A stretch of DNA of 64,000 nucleotides from Henriciella sp. (GTDB taxonomy: Bacteria > Pseudomonadota > Alphaproteobacteria > Caulobacterales > Hyphomonadaceae): positions 37,236 through 101,235 of the forward strand of contig JABSQB010000003.1 of assembly GCA_013214545.1 (NCBI GenBank). The letters are read 5' to 3'. Made by a program: the position numbers and the translations under genes. Positions 19,778-28,479 of this stretch are shown piece after piece. How positions within the stretch are numbered: the first letter of the stretch is position 1; every line of letters begins with the position of its first letter. The notes under the pieces are model-generated. The model ran no database searches. It had not been told where the DNA came from and worked only from the letters and a program-made list of their open reading frames with translations.

Positions 19778-21432
19778 AGCGTCGTACCTCTCCGGTCTGA
19801 GACGGAGCGGACGCGGGGCGATGAGCGGGCGGGTTCATCAAATCGCGGCTCGACGCCAAGGATCGGCGCGATGCGCTCGATGACACGCCCGGCCGTTGGC
19901 GCAGCGTTCCAAGCTGCGGTTCGCCCACGGTCGGCTCCGGCCTTAGGCGAGTCCAGCACGATCAATACGACAAATTCAGGGCTATCGGCGGGGAAAATCG
20001 CGGCGAAGCTGCAAATGTTCTCATCCTCGGAATAGCCGCCAGGAATAGGCTTTTCAGCGGTGCCTGTCTTACCAGCAACGCGGTAGCCGCCAACCTCAGC
20101 GCGCTCCCCGGTGCCATCGATCACCGCCTGACGCAGCATTCGCACGACCAGATTAGCGGTCGGCGCCGCCATGACACGTTTTGGGCTGCGCTTGCGCTCA
20201 GGCTCGAGCAGCAGCGTCGGGGAGACCGTTTCGCCAGCATTTGCGAGCGATGCGAACGCGCTTGCAAATGCAATTGGAGACACAGCAATGCCGTGCCCAT
20301 AGCTCGCGGTGGCGCTATAGAGATCGTCGAAGGATTCCGGCAATAATGGCCGGGCGCTTCCGGTCAGCTCGATCGTTGAGCGCGAGAACAAGCCGAGGGA
20401 AGAGAAAAACTCCTGTTGTCGCCGAGTGCCGAGCTGCCAGGCAATCTTCACGGTGCCGATATTGGAACTGTCAGCGATAATCTCGAACGCAGTCGGGCGG
20501 CCGATGATCGGGTGATCATCATTGATCTGACGTCCCCGAATGGTGATCGGCTCGCGCACGTCAAACTTATCGCTCGGGCGGATCGCGCCTGCATCAAGCG
20601 CCCCAGCCACTGTCAGCGGCTTGAAGATAGAACCAAGCTCGTAGACCGCACCGCTCGCACGATCGAGCAGAGCCGGGTCGTCGGCGCTGAGATCCGTCGC
20701 CTTGTGCGGGTCAAGCGGCGGCCAGCTTGCCATACCGAGCACCTCGCCAGACCGCGCCGCCATGACAATACCGGCGCCGGCTTCGGCATCATATTCGCCA
20801 ATCGCGGCTGAAAGCTCGGCCTCGAGGCTAAACTGCACATTCGCATCAATCGACAGCGCCAAAGGCGTCTGATCGCCGGTCAGACGATCGTCCAGCGCAT
20901 ATTCAATGCCGCCAAGGCCCTGCCCGTCAGCGCCGGCAAAACCCAGGACATGACCTGCCAAAGTGCCACGCGGATAAGCGCGTCGGGTTTCTTCACGAAA
21001 GCCGATCCCTTCCAGGCCAAGCGCAAACACCGCCTGGCGCTGACGCGGTGTGATCCCGCGCTCGATCCAGGCAAAGGCACGCTCATTGTTGGAGAGGCGC
21101 GCAGTGATCCGCTCAACATCAAGATCCGGCAGCACGGTTGCGAGCTCGCTCGCAATCAATCCCGCGTCGCCAATCGCGCGGGGGTCGGCAAAGACGGAGT
21201 ACACAGTGACGGAGGTGGCTAGCAAATCGCCATTGCGGTCGACAATATCAGCGCGTCGCGGGGTTTCTTCGAAGTTCGACGCAATCGCTGACACGGCAAC
21301 AGGTCCGTTCAAAGCCACTGTCAGGCCCTTAATGGCAATCACGCCAAATACCAGAAGCAGACAGATCGACACCAGTCGCGTGCGCATGCCGCCGCCGCGC
21401 ATTGTCAGCTCAGATCCCTGATCGTGGCTCAT
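19774..21432 (-). CDS. ftsI: Peptidoglycan D,D-transpeptidase FtsI (PBP3)
   Basis: 552 aa with an N-terminal TM helix and SIFK (SxxK), SSN and KTGT motifs. Its stop overlaps the murE start by 4 nt. Confidence 0.92.
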   Translation of the reverse strand: MSHDQGSELTMRGGGMRTRLVSICLLLVFGVIAIKGLTVALNGPVAVSAIASNFEETPRRADIVDRNGDLLATSVTVYSVFADPRAIGDAGLIASELATVLPDLDVERITARLSNNERAFAWIERGITPRQRQAVFALGLEGIGFREETRRAYPRGTLAGHVLGFAGADGQGLGGIEYALDDRLTGDQTPLALSIDANVQFSLEAELSAAIGEYDAEAGAGIVMAARSGEVLGMASWPPLDPHKATDLSADDPALLDRASGAVYELGSIFKPLTVAGALDAGAIRPSDKFDVREPITIRGRQINDDHPIIGRPTAFEIIADSSNIGTVKIAWQLGTRRQQEFFSSLGLFSRSTIELTGSARPLLPESFDDLYSATASYGHGIAVSPIAFASAFASLANAGETVSPTLLLEPERKRSPKRVMAAPTANLVVRMLRQAVIDGTGERAEVGGYRVAGKTGTAEKPIPGGYSEDENICSFAAIFPADSPEFVVLIVLDSPKAGADRGRTAAWNAAPTAGRVIERIAPILGVEPRFDEPARSSPRVRSVSDRRGTTL

Positions 21433-21764
21433 TGCTGCGCCTCCCGATCAACTGGGACGTCAGCATCCGGAAGCTCGATTGGCGGGCCAACCCGACCATC
21501 CAAATCGACCGTGCGCACAAACTGCTCAGCCCGCGCCGGCACCATGCCGAGTTCGCGGCGGGCAAAGTCCTCGATCCATTCCTGACGTGAGCGGTGGGCG
21601 AATTCCGCCAGCAGTTCAGCTTGTTCGGCTTCGGCCGCCTCAATCTGGGCCTCGACCTCATTGATCTCCGCCACCGTGTCCTGAGCCCCATACTTTGCCC
21701 GGTACAGGCTGAAAATGAGAATGGCGACGACAGCGAGGCCAAACAGGAAAGCGCGCTTACTCAT
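21429..21764 (-). CDS. ftsL: Cell division protein FtsL (alphaproteobacterial type)
   Basis: 111 aa with one TM helix then a coiled coil, lying between rsmH and ftsI with 4-nt overlaps on both sides. Confidence 0.7.
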   Translation of the reverse strand: MSKRAFLFGLAVVAILIFSLYRAKYGAQDTVAEINEVEAQIEAAEAEQAELLAEFAHRSRQEWIEDFARRELGMVPARAEQFVRTVDLDGRVGPPIELPDADVPVDREAQQ

Positions 21765-22756
21765 AATGCCGCCTCCAGCTGTTTCAGCGGCAGGACAGAT
21801 TTTCCCGTCTCCACTGTCTGGGTCCAGGCCGGCGCATCAGTACGCACAGCAACACGCAAACGCGACGAGCGGGCGCGCGGGTTGTCTTTGATTTCGGCTT
21901 CACTGGGCTCAGTCGCCTTGCGACGCTTCAGCTCGAAGGACGGCTCAGGTCCTTTGGCGACTTCCGGCATATAGCGAGAGCCACCGCCCGTGGCGCCGGA
22001 GCGTTCGCGCAGGAATTGTTTGACCAGCCGGTCTTCCAGCGAATGGAACGTCACCACGACCAGACGGCCGCCAGGCGCAAGCACCCGCTCAGCTGCCGCA
22101 AGACCGCGCGCCAGCTCGCCTAGCTCGTCATTCACGTACATGCGAATGGCCTGAAAGGTGAGCGTGGCAGGATGGGTCTTCTTGCCTCGCCGCCCGCCGA
22201 CGGCGTCCTCAATACATTGGGCGAGATCAAGAGTTGTCTTGAACGGCTCCGACTTTCGCCGCGCGACGATTGCGTTGGCGATGCGTTTGGCTTGCCGTTC
22301 CTCGCCTAGCTGGCGGAATATGGTCATCAGATCGCCAGCGCTCATATGATTGACGACATCTGCAGCGCTCGGTCCGGTTTGCCCCATGCGCATGTCGAGA
22401 GGCCCATCGCGCATGAAGGAGAAGCCGCGATCGCCTTCGTCGATCTGAAATGATGAGACGCCGATATCGAGCATCACCCCGTGAACAACGGTCACGCCAG
22501 CCGTCGCGAGCAAATCATCCAAATCGCCGAACCGCCCAAGCAGTGGGGTCAGACGCGGCCGCTGCTCGGCCAAGGCTTCTGCGCGTGTAATCGCATCGAG
22601 ATCACGATCAATGCCATAGAGCTGACAGTCCGCCGCGGCGAGCACGCGCAGCGCATAACCGCCGCCGCCAAACGTGCCATCGACGTAAGTCTCGCCATCC
22701 TGCGGCTGCAGCGCTTCGAGCACTTCCTCGAGGAGAACCGGGACGTGTCCCATCAC
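21761..22756 (-). CDS. rsmH: 16S rRNA (cytosine1402-N4)-methyltransferase RsmH
   Basis: HVPVLLEEV, DGTFGGGGY, SFHSLEDR motifs. Confidence 0.96.
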   Translation of the reverse strand: MMGHVPVLLEEVLEALQPQDGETYVDGTFGGGGYALRVLAAADCQLYGIDRDLDAITRAEALAEQRPRLTPLLGRFGDLDDLLATAGVTVVHGVMLDIGVSSFQIDEGDRGFSFMRDGPLDMRMGQTGPSAADVVNHMSAGDLMTIFRQLGEERQAKRIANAIVARRKSEPFKTTLDLAQCIEDAVGGRRGKKTHPATLTFQAIRMYVNDELGELARGLAAAERVLAPGGRLVVVTFHSLEDRLVKQFLRERSGATGGGSRYMPEVAKGPEPSFELKRRKATEPSEAEIKDNPRARSSRLRVAVRTDAPAWTQTVETGKSVLPLKQLEAAL

Positions 22757-23244
22757 TCACTCTCCCCGACTATCCCGCGAATGCCACCAGTTGCCAGCTG
22801 CGCATTGAACGAGCCTTCAAAGTCGCCCTGAACATCGCCGAGATGGGATTCCATTTCGGCGTCATAGGCGGCGTAGCGCTCCGGCTCCCAGACATAGAAC
22901 CGGTCGCTGGCCCCGACGAAGATCAATTCCTTGCCAATACCGGCAAGACCGAGGTGCTTTTCCGGGATCTTGATGCGGCCTGTATCATCGAGCTTAAGCT
23001 CAACCGCTTTCGACACGGTGCGATTGAGGAAGACTTTACGAGCCATGGAGTTGGGACTCATCCGCATCAGCGTCTTCTGGTTTTCGAGCATCAGCTTCTC
23101 GCCGCCGCCCTCCAGACAAGGCGATCCGTCGAGGGCCGGATACAGATAAACGCGCGTTCCACCGCCCAGCTCATGCCGAAATGGCGCTGGGACTGAAACC
23201 CGTCCTTTGGTATCCAGCGATGTCTCATACGTGGAGACAAACAC
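22753..23244 (-). CDS. mraZ: Transcriptional regulator MraZ
   Basis: 163 aa with two SpoVT/AbrB-like repeats (DTKGRVSVP and DDTGRIKIP). It is the first gene of the dcw operon. Confidence 0.95.
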   Translation of the reverse strand: MFVSTYETSLDTKGRVSVPAPFRHELGGGTRVYLYPALDGSPCLEGGGEKLMLENQKTLMRMSPNSMARKVFLNRTVSKAVELKLDDTGRIKIPEKHLGLAGIGKELIFVGASDRFYVWEPERYAAYDAEMESHLGDVQGDFEGSFNAQLATGGIRGIVGESE

Positions 23245-23301
23245 GCGTCACTCCCATCACAAGCCCCAGCTGGAAATCCTTGGATCCAGCCTGTTCCAGT
23301 A

Positions 23302-23336
23302 TGGGATAACATGGGACAGCTTGGATTCAAATGGGC
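23302..23336. promoter_or_regulatory. Four 10-bp-phased TGGGN direct repeats (candidate MraZ operator)
   Basis: TGGGA 23302, TGGGA 23312, TGGAT 23322, TGGGC 23332, each with a 5-nt spacer, 58-92 bp upstream of the mraZ start. This is the same architecture as the E. coli MraZ boxes, but here they read on the strand opposite to mraZ. Confidence 0.45.
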
Positions 23337-23608
23337 GCGCGACCGATTCTTTCATGTCCACACAGCTCACAGGTGTAAACTTATCCGGAACAAACCGAAA
23401 ATAAACCGGAACGCCGGACTGTGGATCCGCGTTAACCTATACAAAACCTTTTATTTACAGATGATTAACCGTGGCGCTCGACTCGCGAGAAATTTCACAT
23501 AATCCATGAAAAAATTCCACACTGGTCCCTATTTTGTATGAGTCCTGGCATCCTGCGTTGCTAAAAGTACACGCCTTCTCAGCATTTGCCCCTTAATTCC
23601 CAAACTCC

Positions 23609-25063
23609 ATGCAACTCCGCGTCGTCATCTTTGCTCTTGGCATCATGACCGCCCTTCTGGGCGCGGCGATGATCCCGTGCCTGTTGCTGGATGTTGCCGA
23701 CAATGTGCCCGAGTGGCCGGTCTTCGCTGCCAGCGCGACTATGCTCTTGCTGTTCGGTGGTGGATTGGTGGTGCTCTCCGGCGGGCGCACCGAGCGCACC
23801 GGGTCACGCGAAGCCTTCCTGCTGACTGTCCTCGTCTGGGTCGTGCTGCCGGCCATGGCGGCAATTCCTTTCATGGGCATCGGGATGAGTTTCACCGATG
23901 CGATGTTTGAGAGCATTTCCGGCCTGACCACGACCGGATCTACCGTGATGACCGGGCTCGACAATCAGCCACGCGGTATCCTGCTCTGGCGGGCTATTCT
24001 GCAATGGTTTGGCGGCATTGGTATCATTGTCACCGCGATCGCTATCCTGCCAATGCTCCGCGTTGGCGGTATGCAGCTGTTCCAATTGGAAAGCTCAGAT
24101 ACGGCCGGCAAATTCATGCCGCGCATTGGCGAGATTTCAGCCCAGATCGGCATGATCTATCTGTTCATCTCCGTCAGCTGCGCGCTCGCCTATATGCTGA
24201 GCGGGATGAGCACGTTTGATGCGGTCGCCCACGCGATGACCACCGTTTCAGCCGGTGGCTATTCCACCTTCGACGCCTCGTTCGGCGCGTTCTACGAAAC
24301 CGCCGCCGTGCCGACCGCCATCTTCTTCATGATCATTGCGGGCCTTCCCTTCAGCTTGCTCGCGCTCGCCATGATCCATGGCCGCGTGAAGCCGCTTTTC
24401 TCTGATCCGCAGCCGCGCCTGTTCTTCGCACTGATTGCTGCGATTACGACGCTGGTCTTCTTTCTGCGCGTCATTGCTGATCAGGATTATGTCATTATCA
24501 GTCCGCTCAATGGCTATATCGAGACCCTGTTCAACGTCGTCTCCGTTATGACCGGAACAGGCTACGCCACCGCCCCATATGATGGTTGGGGCGACCCGAT
24601 TGTGATGATCTTCCTGATCACGATTTTTCTGGGCGGCTGCGCCGGATCGGCCGCGTGCGGGATCAAGATGTTCCGGCTTGAGATCAGTTTCCGCGCCGTG
24701 CTCGCTCATGCGCAGCAAATGGTTAGCCCCAACCGCGTCGTCCGCATTCGCTATGGCGGCAAGGTCATCGATAATGACACGTTGCAATCGGTGATGGTCT
24801 TCGTCTTCCTGTATCTCGCGACCTTTATCGCGGCCGCGATCCTGCTCAGCCTGACGGGCGAGTCGCCGCTGACGGCCATCTCGGGCGCCGCGACCAGCGT
24901 GTCGAATGTCGGCCCCGGCCTTGGCCCTGAAATTGGTCCAGCTGGCACGTTCGAAGGTCTAACGGATCGCGGCAAGTGGATCTGCGCCACAGCCATGCTG
25001 CTCGGCCGCCTCGAATTTACCGCTGTCTTCGTTCTAATGACCCGTCGGTTCTGGCGCGGATAA
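23609..25063 (+). CDS. trkH: TrkH family potassium uptake protein
   Basis: 484-aa polytopic protein with a repeated M1-P-M2 architecture and GLTTTG-type selectivity motifs. Confidence 0.9.
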   Translation: MQLRVVIFALGIMTALLGAAMIPCLLLDVADNVPEWPVFAASATMLLLFGGGLVVLSGGRTERTGSREAFLLTVLVWVVLPAMAAIPFMGIGMSFTDAMFESISGLTTTGSTVMTGLDNQPRGILLWRAILQWFGGIGIIVTAIAILPMLRVGGMQLFQLESSDTAGKFMPRIGEISAQIGMIYLFISVSCALAYMLSGMSTFDAVAHAMTTVSAGGYSTFDASFGAFYETAAVPTAIFFMIIAGLPFSLLALAMIHGRVKPLFSDPQPRLFFALIAAITTLVFFLRVIADQDYVIISPLNGYIETLFNVVSVMTGTGYATAPYDGWGDPIVMIFLITIFLGGCAGSAACGIKMFRLEISFRAVLAHAQQMVSPNRVVRIRYGGKVIDNDTLQSVMVFVFLYLATFIAAAILLSLTGESPLTAISGAATSVSNVGPGLGPEIGPAGTFEGLTDRGKWICATAMLLGRLEFTAVFVLMTRRFWRG

Positions 25064-25112
25064 TTTAGAATCTCTCATTGCTCCGACCGGCTAAATCCGG
25101 CAGAAGCACGCC

Positions 25113-26399
25113 ATGGCCGATACATTGCACACACCGACTGAGACTTTGCACGATACCTTGCTGCGCATGGGCGAGCAGGCACGCACCGCGTCCGCCGCGC
25201 TCGCCAAAGCTGGCCCGGCAGGTCGGACGGTTGCAATCCTGGCAATGGCCGATGCCCTGACCGCGGCAACCGGCGATATTCTCGCCGCCAATGCAGACGA
25301 TCTCGCTGGCGGCAAAGAAAAAGGCCTGTCCGACGCAATGATGGACAGACTGGCTTTGGATGAGGGCCGCGTCGCCAGCATCGCCGATGCACTGCGCGCG
25401 GTGGCCGACCTGCCCGATCCTGTCGGCACCGAGATTGCCCGCTGGACCGTGCCGTCCGGGCTCGACATTGCCCGCGTACGCACTCCGCTCGGCGTGATTG
25501 GCATCATCTATGAAGCGCGCCCGAATGTGACCGCGGACGCAGCAGCGCTCTGCATCCGCTCCGGTAATGCCGCGATCCTGCGTGCGGGCAGTGAAAGCCT
25601 GCAATCTTCCATCGCGATCGCAAATGCCCTGCGCGCTGGACTCGCCAAAGTCGACTTGCCGCAAGATGCGGTGCAATTGGTTCAGACCAAAGACCGTGCA
25701 GCAGTCGGACACATGCTGTCGGGCCTGAACGGAAATATGGACGTGATTGTACCGCGCGGCGGCAAAGGACTGGTGGAACGGGTTCAGGCCGAAGCCCGCG
25801 TGCCCGTGATCGGACATCTGGAAGGCCTCTGCCACACTTATGTGGACAAAGGCGCTGACCCGCAGAAAGCCATCGACATCACCGTCAATGCCAAGATGCG
25901 CCGAACCGGTATTTGCGGCGCCACAGAAACCCTGCTGATCGATCAGGCCGTGGCGGCGGACTTGTTGCCTGCGATTGCCGCGGCTCTGACCGATGCTGGG
26001 TGTACGATGAAAGGCGATGATGCCGCCCGCGCGCTTGTCGCCAATATCGAGCCTGCAACGGAAGAGGATTGGCGCACTGAATATCTCGACACGATCATCT
26101 CCGTGCGCGTTGTCGACGGTGTTGAAGGCGCGATGGCGCATATCGAAGAATACGGCACCAGCCACACCGAATGCATCATCACAGAAGATGAGGCGACCGC
26201 GGAAAAGTTCCTCGCCGAAGTCGACTCCGGCATTGTCATTCACAATGCCTCGACTCAATTCGCGGATGGCGGCCAGTTCGGTATGGGCGCAGAGATTGGC
26301 ATCGCGACCGGCCGCATTCATGCGCGCGGCCCCGTCGGCGCTGAGCAGTTGACCATTTTCAAGTATATGGTCCGCGGCACCGGTCAGACCCGGCCTTAA
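25113..26399 (+). CDS. proA: Glutamate-5-semialdehyde dehydrogenase ProA
   Basis: 428 aa, ALDH-fold with a catalytic Cys context (RTGICGATETLL). Confidence 0.95.
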   Translation: MADTLHTPTETLHDTLLRMGEQARTASAALAKAGPAGRTVAILAMADALTAATGDILAANADDLAGGKEKGLSDAMMDRLALDEGRVASIADALRAVADLPDPVGTEIARWTVPSGLDIARVRTPLGVIGIIYEARPNVTADAAALCIRSGNAAILRAGSESLQSSIAIANALRAGLAKVDLPQDAVQLVQTKDRAAVGHMLSGLNGNMDVIVPRGGKGLVERVQAEARVPVIGHLEGLCHTYVDKGADPQKAIDITVNAKMRRTGICGATETLLIDQAVAADLLPAIAAALTDAGCTMKGDDAARALVANIEPATEEDWRTEYLDTIISVRVVDGVEGAMAHIEEYGTSHTECIITEDEATAEKFLAEVDSGIVIHNASTQFADGGQFGMGAEIGIATGRIHARGPVGAEQLTIFKYMVRGTGQTRP

Positions 26400-26416
26400 G
26401 ATACAAGCGACACGTC

Positions 26417-27025
26417 ATGGCTCATCTTCGTCCTGCCGCGCATTTGCCGCCGACCAGCACGCGCGCGCGGATTGGTCTGTTTGGCGGCAGTTTTGATCCA
26501 CCACATAGCGGGCATCTGCACGTCGCCGAAACGGCCATGAGGCGACTGAATCTGGACCAGGTCTGGTGGTTTCCCACGCCTGGGAACCCTCTCAAGGAAG
26601 CACCAAGCACGTACGAGGCCCGCCTCGGCGCCGTGCGTATCCTGACTCAGAACCATCGCGCTTTTGAGGTCAGCGACATCGAACACCGTCTGCACCTGCG
26701 TTACACGGTCGATCTGGTTCGGTTGCTGCGCAAACACTGCCCGTACGCCAAGCTGACCTGGATCATGGGCGGCGACAGTCTGATGACGTTTCATTTCTGG
26801 AAGGACTGGAAAAAACTCGCGCACGAGGTGCCGGTTGCTGTGGTTGCGCGCCCAGGCTTCGAACTCGCCGCACGCGTTTCGCCGTTCGCGAAGGCCTTCC
26901 ATCAAAACCGCCTTCCGGATCGCGCCGCGCGGATCGTGCCAGGGCACAAGACGCCCGCCTGGGTCTATCTGCCCGCGCCGCTCAACCCGATTTCCTCCAC
27001 GGCCTTACGGAACGCGCCATCATGA
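26417..27025 (+). CDS. nadD: Nicotinate-nucleotide adenylyltransferase NadD
   Basis: GLFGGSFDPPHSGH (HxGH nucleotidyltransferase motif) and ISSTALR near the C-terminus. Confidence 0.92.
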   Translation: MAHLRPAAHLPPTSTRARIGLFGGSFDPPHSGHLHVAETAMRRLNLDQVWWFPTPGNPLKEAPSTYEARLGAVRILTQNHRAFEVSDIEHRLHLRYTVDLVRLLRKHCPYAKLTWIMGGDSLMTFHFWKDWKKLAHEVPVAVVARPGFELAARVSPFAKAFHQNRLPDRAARIVPGHKTPAWVYLPAPLNPISSTALRNAPS

Positions 27026-27513
27026 CCCAGTTGCACGTCTTCACCACCGGGGGCACGATCGACAAAGTTTATTTTGACGCCCTGTCCGAGTTTCAGGTCG
27101 GCGAGTCGCCGCTTGATGCCATCCTGCGCGAAGCCAATGTCGGGCTGGACTATGAGCTGACCTCTTTGATGAAAAAGGATAGTCTTGAGCTGACCGATGA
27201 GGATCGCGATGTGATTTTCGATGCCGTTGCCACAAGTGCGGCCGAACGCATTCTGATCACGCATGGCACGGACACAATGGTGCAGACCGCGGACCGCCTG
27301 CGCGGTGTCGAAGGCAAGACGATTATCCTCACCGGTGCGATGCAGCCTGCCCGCCTGCGCTCTACGGATGCCATCTTCAATGTCGGCTTTGCGATCGCCG
27401 CGGCGCAACTACAGGCGCCGGGCGTCTATATCGCCATGAGCGGTCGGGTTTTCCCGGCAGGTCAGGTCCGTAAAGACCGCGCCGCCGGTCAGTTCGTCGA
27501 CGCTCAGGACTGA
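27022..27513 (+). CDS. Asparaginase domain-containing protein (stand-alone N-terminal domain, ~163 aa)
   Basis: TTGGTIDK and HGTDTM, the two threonine-containing catalytic motifs of L-asparaginase. The C-terminal domain is absent. ATGA overlap with the nadD stop. Confidence 0.7.
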   Translation: MTQLHVFTTGGTIDKVYFDALSEFQVGESPLDAILREANVGLDYELTSLMKKDSLELTDEDRDVIFDAVATSAAERILITHGTDTMVQTADRLRGVEGKTIILTGAMQPARLRSTDAIFNVGFAIAAAQLQAPGVYIAMSGRVFPAGQVRKDRAAGQFVDAQD

Positions 27514-27609
27514 AGCTGCGATCAAACCCGTCTGTGTTGCCGATAATCCCTAGGCCACACGCGCAACGCATGTTAAGTTCGACTTGGAAACAACTTATGG
27601 AGCTGCACC

Positions 27610-28005
27610 CTGCCCGCTGCAAAAACTGAGACAAATTCGGCCCGCGCGACGAGCATCGAAGATATTCGCGCCTTCTCAGATACCATCATCGCCTCCCTCG
27701 AGGATGATAAAGCCGAAGACCTCACCGTCATTGATCTGACGGAAAAATCCTCCCTCGCAGACATCATGATCATCGCTTCGGGTCGTTCGGCCCGTCATGT
27801 ATCGTCTATTGCCACGCATCTGGCGCAGAAGGTGAAGGATAAAACGGGCGAGTCGCCGAAGCTGGAAGGTCTGCCAAATGCAGACTGGGTGCTGATCGAT
27901 CTTGGCGACGTGATCGTGCACCTGTTCCGCCCGGAAGTGCGCGCATTCTACAATCTGGAAAAGATCTGGGCCGGCGATAGCGGTCACCGTCCATCAGACG
28001 TCTGA
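27610..28005 (+). CDS. rsfS: Ribosome silencing factor RsfS (start codon uncertain)
   Basis: LEDDKAEDLTVIDL...MIIASGRSARHV...DWVLIDLGDVIVHLF is clearly RsfS. The conserved N-terminal part lies in frame upstream of the first ATG (27766). There is no ATG/GTG/TTG between the stop at 27574 and 27766. Candidate starts are CTG 27610, ATC 27655 and ATT 27664. Confidence 0.8.
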   Translation: MPAAKTETNSARATSIEDIRAFSDTIIASLEDDKAEDLTVIDLTEKSSLADIMIIASGRSARHVSSIATHLAQKVKDKTGESPKLEGLPNADWVLIDLGDVIVHLFRPEVRAFYNLEKIWAGDSGHRPSDV

Positions 28006-28014
28006 TCCAGCTCT

Positions 28015-28479
28015 ATGCACATCACTCTGATCAGTGTGGGCAAGCTTAAAAAGGGCCCGGAAAAAGAGCTGGTGGATGATTATGTTGCGCGGTTCAACAA
28101 AGCCGGGCCAGGCATTGGCCTGCGGTCACTGAAACTGGTCGACCTGACGAGCGGCGGCGGTCTGGATGCTGAGGGCAAGCTGATCCTGAACGCTGTGCCC
28201 GCAGATTCGAAAGTGCTTCGCCTCGACGAACATGGACAGGCCTGGACGTCCGTCAAACTCGCCAATCAAATCGCTAAATGGCGCGATGGCGGTACGCCGC
28301 AGCTCTGCTTCCTGATTGGCGGCGCCGAAGGTTATAGCGACGCCGTACGAGACGCTTATCCCGACACGCTGGCGCTTGGCCCGCAGACCTGGCCGCACCG
28401 TCTCGTCAAAGCGATGATTTCCGAGCAGCTTTATCGATCCGTCAGCCTACTGGCCGGCTTGCCGTATCACAAAGCCTAG
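28015..28479 (+). CDS. rlmH: 23S rRNA (pseudouridine1915-N3)-methyltransferase RlmH
   Basis: 154 aa, SPOUT fold, typical N-terminus MHITLISVGKLK, in the canonical position after rsfS. Confidence 0.95.
   Translation: MHITLISVGKLKKGPEKELVDDYVARFNKAGPGIGLRSLKLVDLTSGGGLDAEGKLILNAVPADSKVLRLDEHGQAWTSVKLANQIAKWRDGGTPQLCFLIGGAEGYSDAVRDAYPDTLALGPQTWPHRLVKAMISEQLYRSVSLLAGLPYHKA

Noticed and set aside
25065-26321. Long antisense ORFs inside well-supported genes. Examples: 418 aa opposite proA; 10905..11975 opposite murC; 5473..6468 opposite ftsQ; 49483..50442, 42868..43764, 59892..60641, 15914..16774 and 3051..3935.
   Set aside because: These are typical stop-poor shadow frames of high-GC DNA. The translations are Arg/Ala/Gly/His-rich with no recognisable motifs, and the sense-strand genes have strong family signatures.
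27597-27629. Programmed +1 frameshift producing RsfS from ATG 27597.
   Set aside because: The slippery A5 run is not positioned with the stop codon in the A site as in prfB, and there is no upstream SD-like stimulator. A homopolymer error or a rare start codon is a simpler explanation. It is kept only as an alternative in the finding.
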